Assembly (NCBI GenBank): GCA_944387455.1
Contig: CALXEY010000002.1
Span: 1-54,440, forward strand
DNA from: an uncultured Clostridia bacterium
GTDB lineage: Bacteria; Bacillota; Clostridia; TANB77; CAG-508
Length of the DNA: 54,440 nt
Reading direction: 5' to 3'
Position 1 is the first letter of the stretch; the number at the start of each line of letters is the position of its first letter. The position numbers and the translations under genes are program-made. The notes under the pieces are model-generated. The model was not told the DNA's origin. It saw nothing but the letters and a program-made list of their open reading frames with translations, and did no database searches. Shown one piece after another: positions 19,623-27,705 of this stretch.

Positions 19623-20691
19623 TTATGCTGCTTTATTTTTTTCATTATTTTGTACGAATTTTATATCTGTAATTATTTTTTTACCTTTAAATTCTTGTAT
19701 TTCTGTTTCAAATATTGAACCAATATCACATTCAAGTATTCCATCAATTAATTCTGGTTTAACGATAAAATTAACAGGTTTATCTGTCATATCGTAAAAT
19801 TCTCCAATAAAATACTCTTTTGGTTTGCCATCTTTCATAAATGTCTCTGTATGATGATTTGTAAAATAGTAGCATTTATCAACATTAGGGTTTTCTGATA
19901 CTTCAATTTTTGTTACTTTTTTAGTATTTTTTCTTGTAGTTTTCTTTTTAGTTCCTTCTTTTGGTGTTTCAGTTGTTTTTTTAGTATTATTTTCTACATT
20001 GTTATTCACAATTTGTTCATTTGCTGTGGATTGTTCTTGTGAATTTTCCTTATTTTGTGGGGTAGTATTAGAAATAAAATCTTCTTTCTTTATAATATCG
20101 ATTATATAGTTATTGAATGTCTTTCCATCTTTGGAGTTTTCAACTTGTTTTAGAAATAAAATATATTTTCCTTTAACAGTATTTCCTTGTTCTTTTTGTA
20201 AAGAAAAATATTGATTTAGAGCATCTACTGCTTGTTGGCTAGTAATCTTCATAAGCCAAATTCTATCTGTTGCTATTTTAGGTATAAGAAATTTAAGCCA
20301 ACCTATTTTTTTACAGTCAGGTGGTCCAACTTGTTTTTTCTGTCTATACTGACAGTTAATACCTAAACATTTTATTTTTTGCCAACCGTCTTTTGTCTTT
20401 TGATTTGCTTCATCAGTTCCAAACATACAATAACATACTTGTCCTGACTGGTTTGACCTTGAATATTTTGCAGAAAAAGGTTCTTCTGTAATAAACTCAA
20501 TTTCTATACTTGTTTTTCCTTTATACATTTGGTCAAACTTTTGCAAATATCCTTGCATATATTGGTCTTGTACTTTTGCTATAAAATGTCCTAATTCTTT
20601 TGCTCTTTTTCCTCCATTTGAAGTTGGTACTTGTTCTCCATGTTGGATTCTTCCGAATTACTGGTAAATTTACATACCTTGTCTGTTCCAT
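19623..20691 (-). CDS. conserved ICE/phage-type protein of unknown function, frame interrupted (+1 at CGG 20653-20655)
   Basis: MEQTRYVNLPVI is read from the ATG at 20691. After skipping the C, the frame continues GRIQHGEQVPTSNGGKRAKELGHF..MQGYLQKF.. into the track ORF. The protein ends in ..KNKAA. Confidence 0.5.
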
Positions 20692-20713
20692 AATACTTCA
20701 TTCCTTTCATCTT

Positions 20714-21076
20714 CTATGCAGCAATTAATTCTTCTGCATAACAGTAGTTTTTTTGTACTTTACTAGTATCAATAGTGTAAATTGGATATATGCTATTATT
20801 TACAACACATATTCCTGTTTGATTTTTGATAATACCAAGTTCTAATAACTGTGGTATTAGGGTAGGTTTAAACTTACAGTCAACCACAATTTCATCTTCT
20901 CCAAGCACTTTGCTATTTTGTTCAAGTGAAATATCAGCAAAATGTGCTGTTTCATTTGTGGCTGGATCAATACCAAATAAACTTAGTTGTAAATCGCCAT
21001 TAGAATACCTTGAACTATGTAAGAAACAATTTGTGAATATAGTTTCATATAGTTCAAAACTAAATCCATTCTTCAT
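20714..21076 (-). CDS. DUF4313-like protein (about 120 aa)
   Basis: Start chosen at the ATG (MKNGFSFELYE) preceded by GGAAGGAGA; the track ORF extends to 21172. The protein ends in ..EELIAA. Confidence 0.4.
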   Translation of the reverse strand: MKNGFSFELYETIFTNCFLHSSRYSNGDLQLSLFGIDPATNETAHFADISLEQNSKVLGEDEIVVDCKFKPTLIPQLLELGIIKNQTGICVVNNSIYPIYTIDTSKVQKNYCYAEELIAA

Positions 21077-21172
21077 AATAACTAAATCTCCTTCCATTAT
21101 TTTTGTGTAAAAAAGATTTTTTTGATAAATCCTCCTTTCCTTTAATTTGGGTAAAAAAAGAGAAAGTAACAA

Positions 21173-21385
21173 CTAAAAGCGGGGGTTGGGGATAGGCTTT
21201 TAGAATTATTACTTTCTTTTATATTTGAGCATCACAAATAATCTATATAGTTGTTCTGCTAAATACCCATTTTATGCTACATCGTTAAAAATGTAGAAAT
21301 ACTACTACTAACTATAATTTTTAGTAGTTATGCCATAAAAGTTATTCTTTTATGGGTAGTTATAGTTAGTATTTAACTATAACAT
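21173..21385. promoter_or_regulatory. cluster of inverted and direct repeats at the head of the long leftward operon
   Basis: CTAAAAGC-(G-rich 15 nt)-GCTTTTAG at 21173-21203. CTACAT..ATGTAG at 21277-21296. ACTACTAACTATAA / TTATAGTTAGTA arms flank CCATAAAAG-ttatt-CTTTTATGG at 21333-21355. Confidence 0.5.
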
Positions 21386-21632
21386 AAATCTTATTACACA
21401 CTTATATTTTACAGAGTTTTTTTACTTATTTCAATAAACACAAAATAAAAAATTTTTTTATTGATATTTCAACTTTTTCTAATAATTTTTATAGGGCTTT
21501 TCAAAATTTTTACATAAAATTTCTTTTTGTTCTTACAGTATCAACTAATATAAGCTACAAAAATTTTCATTACTTCAACATTCCATTAAGGAAAATGATT
21601 TTATAAAATTATTATAGAAAGGAGTGATTAAT

Positions 21633-21968
21633 ATGGAAAATTATCCCCAAGAGCTTTATAACCTTCTACATATCTTATATGATAAAAAGGAATATGAGGG
21701 ATTGATGAATTTTAATAATAAAGAAATAACCAAAATAAGTCATCAAATAGGTGATGTAGAAAAAGAAATTATTTCTCTTATGGATAAAAGAATACATCCT
21801 CATACTAGAGAGAAGCTTGAAGAATTATTAGAAAATCAAAAAGATCTTTTATATACATACTTTTATATAGAAAATAAGTTAACATATGAAGATGGTGTTA
21901 CAGACGGAATAGATTTAATAGTTTCTAATTTTTCTATTAAAAAAAAGGATAAACAAAAAACTAACTAA
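21633..21968 (+). CDS. hypothetical protein (111 aa)
   Basis: An ATG after AAAGGAG. A hairpin GCTCTATAT..ATATAGAGC at 21975-21998 follows. Confidence 0.5.
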   Translation: MENYPQELYNLLHILYDKKEYEGLMNFNNKEITKISHQIGDVEKEIISLMDKRIHPHTREKLEELLENQKDLLYTYFYIENKLTYEDGVTDGIDLIVSNFSIKKKDKQKTN

Positions 21969-22003
21969 TATTAATGCTCTATATTTCATATATAGAGCAA
22001 AAA

Positions 22004-22131
22004 GTTACAAATATTTTTTTGTAACATAATGATACTTATGTTACATATAACCTAAAATAATAATAGAAATAAAGAAATATATGTAACATAATTGACTAAA
22101 AGCCTAATATTTATATGTAACATAATTGACA
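22004..22131 (+). promoter_or_regulatory. array of GTAACAT-core repeats upstream of the second recombinase
   Basis: GTTACAAA-n6-TTTGTAAC; GTAACATA-n8-TATGTTAC; and two direct copies of TATATGTAACATAATTGAC (about 22078-22098 and 22112-22131), the second abutting the RBS. Confidence 0.55.
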
Positions 22132-22143
22132 GGAGGTGTAAAT

Positions 22144-23025
22144 ATGTCAGAAGATTTTATGTTAGAAAATTTTAAAAAATATATGATAGAAAACAAATTA
22201 AGTGAAAACACTTACAATTCTTATTTATCAGATGTAAAACAATATATAAACTATTACAAAGATAGTTATGGTGAAGATTTAGTAAAATTAACAGGTTCAG
22301 ATATACAAAGTTATAAATCTTATTTACAATATAATGAAAATCGAAAACCCACTTCAATAAATAGAAAATTAAATGCTTTAAAAAAATTCAACGAATATCT
22401 AGTAGATAAAGGAATACAAAGTGATATATTAATAGATAAAAGAGATTATATAAAAATAGCCCCTATATTTGTAAAAGACGATGTACCTGATGAAAAAGAA
22501 ATTAAAAAGCTAATACATAAAACGGTAGAAAATAAAAGAGATAATTGTATTTTAACAATTGCAACCTATGGAGGACTTCGTGCAAGTGAAATTGTAAATA
22601 TTAAACTTGCTCATATTCATTTGGAGAAAAGATTTATTGCTATTATAGGAAAGGGAGAAAAATATCGTGAAGTAACTGTAAATGATAAAATGTATAGAGC
22701 TATTAAGGATTATTTAGAAGAAAGATTGCAAACTAATCAGGATAACCCATACCTATTTGTAGGTAAGAAAAGTAAATATTATAAGGATAAACCATTATCA
22801 AGAAATGTAATAAATAGAATATTAACCAAATATAATGAAGATATAAAAATAAAAGATTTACACCCACACTTACTTAGACATTTTTATAGTTCTCTTGCAT
22901 ATTATAAAGCTGGATATAGTGAGATACAAATTGCCTCTCAATTAGGGCATGCTAGTACTAAGATGACTAGAAGGTACATAGATAATCATAATAAAGATAT
23001 TTTGGAATTATCAAATCGTTTATAA
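22144..23025 (+). CDS. XerC/XerD-like tyrosine recombinase (293 aa)
   Basis: An N-terminal SAM-like domain, then 'TYGGLRASEI', 'HPHLLRHFYSS' and 'LGHASTKMTRRY' (R..H-x-x-R..H..Y). Start at the ATG after AGGAGG. Confidence 0.9.
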   Translation: MSEDFMLENFKKYMIENKLSENTYNSYLSDVKQYINYYKDSYGEDLVKLTGSDIQSYKSYLQYNENRKPTSINRKLNALKKFNEYLVDKGIQSDILIDKRDYIKIAPIFVKDDVPDEKEIKKLIHKTVENKRDNCILTIATYGGLRASEIVNIKLAHIHLEKRFIAIIGKGEKYREVTVNDKMYRAIKDYLEERLQTNQDNPYLFVGKKSKYYKDKPLSRNVINRILTKYNEDIKIKDLHPHLLRHFYSSLAYYKAGYSEIQIASQLGHASTKMTRRYIDNHNKDILELSNRL

Positions 23026-23094
23026 AAAACTCTAAAATAAAAGTAGTTTCGTATAATTATACAAAACTACTTTAGGACCTACATTCTCGGATTT

Positions 23095-23307
23095 TCAGTT
23101 TAGCGATAACAAAATAATTATTAAAAAAATAATTATTCCTGAAAAAATCGCTTTTGCTGCTTCTTCCGTAATTCCAAAACTTCTAATACGATTTATTATA
23201 CTTTGATACAAGTATGAAAAAATCGGTTTAGAAATGTTCCAAAAAATCCGAAAGAATATCCAAACGATAAACAAAGACATCAATATGGCTATTCCTATTA
23301 CCCACAT
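23095..23307 (-). CDS. small two-TM membrane protein (70 aa)
   Basis: Two hydrophobic segments, RBS GAGGAGG, and its own promoter TTGAAA-17-TATAAT at 23350-23378. Confidence 0.5.
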   Translation of the reverse strand: MWVIGIAILMSLFIVWIFFRIFWNISKPIFSYLYQSIINRIRSFGITEEAAKAIFSGIIIFLIIILLSLN

Positions 23308-23433
23308 TAGTCCGTCCTCCTCTTTACATTCAGAATCCTTACATTAAGTATTATATCATATTCTTTCTATTTTTTCAACTTTATGTACACTTTCTTTAAT
23401 AAGAAGGTGGTGTCAGTTGACACCACCTTCCTT

Positions 23434-25305
23434 TCACATCACAAACCTAAAGACACTGCCGTCTCTAGCCAGTACATACAGTTCGCTACGATTTTCATTT
23501 ATATAAACCACTTCAAAAGATGAATTAATGGTAATAACATCTATAAGTGGGGTCTCTGTAACAACATTGGAAATAGGCATATTGGCCACATACGGCATTA
23601 CAGAAATCATCTTTCCTTTTGCCGGTAAGCATAATGTAGCACGATAAAACACACTTCCTTGTAAATTCGTGTTGCTATAGTCGATGTCCTTTGTTTGGGA
23701 AACAATCTTCCCTCTCCTAAATACAATTGTATTGTATTGGGAGTTATGCAACTTTGCAACCCAAATCCACATATTGGAAACAGCATCATACTTCATTATG
23801 ATTGGCATTTGCTTAGGTAGTAATGTGATTTTACCACCAATGTCTATCTCAATGCCATTTTGTTGAGGAGAGATTATAGCATAATTTAAGTTGGGACCAA
23901 CATTATATTCAAAAGCTGTTGGCTTTTGGGCAACTTGGCATTCCTCGACATTACCATTATGAATGGTTAGCCTTTTAAGAGTGTGTGTAGATTCCTCTAC
24001 ATAATATATCGAGTTTTCGGCAATCTTAATAGTTGCTCCATTCTCGACATATCCCTTATAAATCTGTGTTTCATCTTTATAAAGGTATAGATTACACTCG
24101 TTATTATTGAAAAGAGTTGCCTTTTTGAACAAAGATAGAGGCTTAATCTTAAGCATATATCTTTCATCGTCCAAAAAATTTGTGTCCCTTTTTCCAAAAC
24201 CTTTAACGCTCTTCCGTACTTCTTCTCCTCTGTCATTTACGCGAACAACTTCACCTACATTATTAAGGTAAGTCCTGTAGTCATAAAGTTGTTGAACATT
24301 TTGACAGGGAATAAATATCTCTCCAGAAAAAGCTCGATCTTTTTTGGTAACCGTTCTAGTAGCTTGTAGATACTTGCTACACTTGGGACATCTATTATAT
24401 GAACCATCATAGTAACCTTGATGGCGTTTGCAATACTGCAAACTCATCAATTGCTTAAAAAGGATAGGTCCAATATTGTACCTTTTTCTTCTCTCAAAAA
24501 TATCAAGAAAAGCCTCTTTAAGCTCGTCAGACATCCAAATGTCCCAGGTCTTCCCCTTCATTAGTTTAATATCATGGTCTCCAAGAACTGAAAGTTGATT
24601 TCTGGCTCTCAGTTCAGTAGGCATTTTCTTGTCGACCTGATAAACTCCACCAAAAGGATGCTCACCTGTTAGTACCTTAAATGCAATAACAGCCAAAGAA
24701 TAATAATCATTAGCCTGCGAATAAGATTTAACAGTTACATCTCTACAAGAAAAATCTCTTGCTATTGGATCAACATAATAGGGAAGACACTTTCTGTCAG
24801 CGGCCAATAGCTCATCTGAGCCATTCCAACCCCAAGAATCTGTATCAACGAAGTAAATATCTTCATCCACAACCAAAACTTGTCCAGGATGAAAATCACC
24901 TATAATTAAGCCAAGATTATGAATCTTCTCTACAGCTTGCGCAACTTTTATCATAATCTGCAGACTCTTTTTAAGGTCCATTTTGTTTAAAAATGATTTT
25001 TCTGCAATATAGTCCAAATCTTTTGCATTCTGAACATATCGCATAGTATAACCAACAAAATGGTCATTTACACTTACTTCTTTGATTGGAGCAATTACTT
25101 CTCCAAAATTAACATTCCGGAATTGGCTAATAAGCCGTCTTATTTTTTTATACTTTCTTGCTAAATTCACTTCATTCGCGTTGAAGATTTTTATAGCAAG
25201 ATGATGATGGTCATCATATACCGTTCCCTCTCCTCCAAGATGAGAATTAAGTTGCCTTAACCTTTCATTGAGTTGGTTGGTGCTTGAGAATCTAAAATTG
25301 TTCAT
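23434..25305 (-). CDS. Ser/Thr protein-kinase-like protein (TerY-P type) with zinc ribbon and ~300-aa C-terminal domain (623 aa)
   Basis: 'LGGEGTVY' is the Gly loop and 'LAIKIF' carries the Lys. 'IIGDFHPGQVLV' is the catalytic loop and 'FVDTDSW' is DFG-like. Also present are 'DYYSLAVIAFKVLTGEHPF' and the zinc ribbon 'CKRH..CPKC'. Confidence 0.8.
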   Translation of the reverse strand: MNNFRFSSTNQLNERLRQLNSHLGGEGTVYDDHHHLAIKIFNANEVNLARKYKKIRRLISQFRNVNFGEVIAPIKEVSVNDHFVGYTMRYVQNAKDLDYIAEKSFLNKMDLKKSLQIMIKVAQAVEKIHNLGLIIGDFHPGQVLVVDEDIYFVDTDSWGWNGSDELLAADRKCLPYYVDPIARDFSCRDVTVKSYSQANDYYSLAVIAFKVLTGEHPFGGVYQVDKKMPTELRARNQLSVLGDHDIKLMKGKTWDIWMSDELKEAFLDIFERRKRYNIGPILFKQLMSLQYCKRHQGYYDGSYNRCPKCSKYLQATRTVTKKDRAFSGEIFIPCQNVQQLYDYRTYLNNVGEVVRVNDRGEEVRKSVKGFGKRDTNFLDDERYMLKIKPLSLFKKATLFNNNECNLYLYKDETQIYKGYVENGATIKIAENSIYYVEESTHTLKRLTIHNGNVEECQVAQKPTAFEYNVGPNLNYAIISPQQNGIEIDIGGKITLLPKQMPIIMKYDAVSNMWIWVAKLHNSQYNTIVFRRGKIVSQTKDIDYSNTNLQGSVFYRATLCLPAKGKMISVMPYVANMPISNVVTETPLIDVITINSSFEVVYINENRSELYVLARDGSVFRFVM

Positions 25306-25439
25306 TTTAAATACCCCCCTAACAACTGTTGTTAAATGTTTGACTAATCGTAGCTATAACACAATGTACTGGTTTCGTAATATGACGATAGAGTAAACTA
25401 TCATTTTCAATGTACTTATATCTATAAAGATACGTTTAT

Positions 25440-25468
25440 ATTTTAACATAAATTTCCAAAATAGTCAA
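25440..25468 (-). promoter_or_regulatory. sigma-A-type promoter of the kinase gene
   Basis: The minus strand reads TTGACT-17 nt-(TG)TTAAAAT. Confidence 0.55.
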
Positions 25469-25561
25469 TATTATGTAAATATATTGCTTTTATTAATAAA
25501 AAAACAAAGTAGAGGAAATTAATTAAAAACCTCTACTTTGTTCTTTCATAAATATACAGTA

Positions 25562-26578
25562 CTATTTATATTTTTTTGCTATTGCGTCCACAATATTAAA
25601 ACTTCTACTTATACTAAATCTAATTTCATCTGGACTTTTCAAATAATACGCAAAAACTTGGGCAAAATATTCCTCTACACTTGATATTCCATAATCATCT
25701 TTAGTTTGATTATAGTATATATTTTTTTCTTTTTTATATGCTCCATAAAACTCTATAACAAGTTTAGACGTAATATTAAGCATATGCATATAATGCCCAA
25801 ATTCATGGAATAATATCATGTCCAAATTATCTTTAGATGCCTTAACCACTATTTGCTGGACATCACTAATTAGATAACCCACAAAACTTTTTCCTTGTTC
25901 ATCATTTCTCCATTCTCTTGAATTAGTTAAAACAACTTTCCAACCATCGCTTACAAAACGCTTTCTTAAGCCAATAGGAATTATTTCCCAGGCTTTTATT
26001 ATTTCAAAAACTTGCTTTTCAGTTACATCTGTTCCAATCTGTAAATAATTTGGCAAAATAGATGTTCTTACTTTAAAAATATCCTCATTTAACCAACTTT
26101 TTACATATGCACAGGCTTTGGAATATGCATATCTATTATCATGAGGATTTTCAAGCATTCTAATAAACAATAATTCAAAAATCTTTTCCAAATTTATTTC
26201 GGAAATTCTTGTTAATAAAATACTTGATAATAGCTTTTCTTCATTTCTACAAACCTTTTTGAAGAAATCATTTTCCACTGGGTTTCCATATTCAATTTTG
26301 ATATACCAAATAAACCCAATATATACTATCCCTTTTGTAAAAGGTGCTATTTTAATATTAATCCATATTCTTTTTTCATTTGGATCTGAAAAAATTAGCG
26401 TATTTGGATCATAAGTTCCACTAATCGAAATATCAGTTGTAAAAACTATTTGCCAGTTATCCTTTTGAAATCTTCGTATCCAATTTCTAGGAATTCTCTC
26501 ATATTGCTCCTTAAATTCTCTTAATTGTTGCTGACTAATATCTTTAGTATAAATAACTGTATCCCGAAGTTTTTTCAT
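25562..26578 (-). CDS. tandem ATLF-like (anthrax lethal-factor-type) zincin; N-terminal copy degenerate, C-terminal copy with HExxH (338 aa)
   Basis: 'LFHEFGHYMH...SSVEEYFAQVFAYY' matches the HExxH plus downstream E-x-x-x-A-E/Q pattern. Both halves begin with a similar 'IP..(W/L)..RF..D(N/G)W(Q/K)(I/V)V(F/L)T' segment. Confidence 0.6.
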   Translation of the reverse strand: MKKLRDTVIYTKDISQQQLREFKEQYERIPRNWIRRFQKDNWQIVFTTDISISGTYDPNTLIFSDPNEKRIWINIKIAPFTKGIVYIGFIWYIKIEYGNPVENDFFKKVCRNEEKLLSSILLTRISEINLEKIFELLFIRMLENPHDNRYAYSKACAYVKSWLNEDIFKVRTSILPNYLQIGTDVTEKQVFEIIKAWEIIPIGLRKRFVSDGWKVVLTNSREWRNDEQGKSFVGYLISDVQQIVVKASKDNLDMILFHEFGHYMHMLNITSKLVIEFYGAYKKEKNIYYNQTKDDYGISSVEEYFAQVFAYYLKSPDEIRFSISRSFNIVDAIAKKYK

Positions 26579-26654
26579 TATAAACTCCTTTCAAACTGTA
26601 CTATATATCTATTTTCAATGTTCTACTCAAATGCTATTTACATTTGCTACCACT

Positions 26655-26683
26655 ATTATATATTATTATTTTAATTATGTCAA
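26655..26683 (-). promoter_or_regulatory. sigma-A-type promoter of the zincin gene
   Basis: The minus strand reads TTGACA-17 nt-TATAAT. Confidence 0.55.
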
Positions 26684-26741
26684 CAATTTCGTATTTTCTT
26701 TGTATATTAAGCAATATATAGTATTTAGATTATTATTTTTT

Positions 26742-26777
26742 AAAAAAGATAGAGTGGAGAAATATCTCCACTCTATC
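26742..26777 (-). terminator. rho-independent terminator after the vWA gene
   Basis: A GATAGAGTGGAGA-aatat-CTCCACTCTATC hairpin followed by a T-run on the minus strand. Confidence 0.7.
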
Positions 26778-26811
26778 CCCTGTTTAAAAGATTCATGTCT
26801 AGTTGTTGTTC

Positions 26812-27540
26812 TTACTTATCATTCCCTTGGGATTTCTTAATAGTTCCGATAGACACAAACTTCATAATCTTATGCAAATCATGAATGGTTGCATCTGTTC
26901 TGACCACATTAACAATCCCCAACTGGTGAGCCAAGTTCTCGCATTGATTACTGCCAAATGCGATAAAGCAAACTGTAACATCATCATCCTGCATGTTCTT
27001 TACAGATTGCTTCGTTTCTTCAAGACTAGCTACTGAATCGTTATCAAGTCCATCAGAAAGGATGCACAAGACAGCTTGTACAGAAACGCCCTTTTGCATA
27101 AGGTCATCCCTATACTGCTTAATTCGACGCTCGCTATCGATAATGCTGTCAAAAAGCTTCGTGCAGCCTGAAACAGCTGAATAGCTTGTGTCAAACTTTT
27201 CGACATCTGTATAGCCTCCAGGCTCTACAGTATCGGCAAACAAAGTCTTGGAAATCTGAATTCGGTTCACCTCTTCCGAAGTGACAATTGACTCCTTTAC
27301 CAGTTCAAGTGCTTGTTCCATTGCTCTAGTGAAACCACCCATCGAACCGGACTTGTCAATGTCAAGTCGAAGCAATGTTTGTGAAGAACTCTTGAGCTCA
27401 TTTACTGGAGTATTGACCGTTTCGATATTGTCGGACTCCAGTTCCGGCCCAAAATTCTCTTCAATCCCCACAGCATCGTAGTCATCGTTAAAAGAATTCC
27501 ACGCTGCACTGCCGAACATGTTCTCGTCTTGCTTAGCCAT
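26812..27540 (-). CDS. TerY-like von Willebrand factor A domain protein (242 aa)
   Basis: MIDAS 'DIDKSGSMGG', with 'ILSDGLDN' later in the protein. Start chosen at ATGGCTAAG after GAGAGGAG; the track's TTG start at 27606 lies inside the promoter/operator. Confidence 0.8.
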   Translation of the reverse strand: MAKQDENMFGSAAWNSFNDDYDAVGIEENFGPELESDNIETVNTPVNELKSSSQTLLRLDIDKSGSMGGFTRAMEQALELVKESIVTSEEVNRIQISKTLFADTVEPGGYTDVEKFDTSYSAVSGCTKLFDSIIDSERRIKQYRDDLMQKGVSVQAVLCILSDGLDNDSVASLEETKQSVKNMQDDDVTVCFIAFGSNQCENLAHQLGIVNVVRTDATIHDLHKIMKFVSIGTIKKSQGNDK

Positions 27541-27599
27541 TGTGAGACTCCTCTCAAAATCTCTTTCTTGATCTTTATGCATGAATCTTTTAAAACAGG

Positions 27600-27653
27600 T
27601 TGTCAACGAACTCTTGACAAATATATTATACCAAACTTTTCCATCTTTGTCAA
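27600..27653 (-). promoter_or_regulatory. promoter plus palindromic operator of the vWA gene
   Basis: The minus strand reads TTGACA-17-(TG)GTATAAT at 27625-27653. It is followed by the inverted repeat TTGTCAA-n7-TTGACAA at 27600-27620. Confidence 0.6.
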
Positions 27654-27705
27654 CATAATATAATCAGTTATGTTAAGCTTATTGGTTTTACTTATGATTT
27701 TATTT

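Noticed and set aside
19367-19645. 92-aa ORF overlapping 19257-19535 and the end of 19623-20558
   Set aside because: It lies in a different frame within two better-supported genes, has a low-complexity composition and has no RBS.
5900-21200. Prophage interpretation (SSB, primase-like protein, Rad50-like ATPase, RusA-like protein, recombinases)
   Set aside because: No terminase, portal, capsid, tail or lysis genes occur anywhere in the 54 kb. A T4CP, VirB4, VirB6-like and VirB3-like proteins, a sortase and an adhesin point to a conjugative element instead.
22078-22131. The two GTAACATAATTGAC copies as tandem sigma-A promoters for the recombinase
   Set aside because: The CATAAT and TTGAC elements are in the wrong order and spacing for -35/-10 on the plus strand. 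They are more likely protein-binding sites, and are kept only as a regulatory-repeat feature.
23607-24236. Short ORFs inside or antisense to the kinase gene (23607-23789, 23684-23866, 23997-24236), and similar ones in the vWA, 1041-aa, GHKL and 684-aa genes
   Set aside because: They are embedded in long, motif-supported ORFs and their composition is typical of off-frame or antisense reading.
26812-27606. Track start (TTG at 27606) for the vWA gene; similarly long N-termini for 15000-15377, 20714-21172, 44802-47438, 48869-49294 and 53977-54378
   Set aside because: The extensions run through promoter or operator sequences or through upstream genes, and they lack an RBS. Internal ATG/GTG/TTG codons preceded by GGAGG-type sites were preferred.
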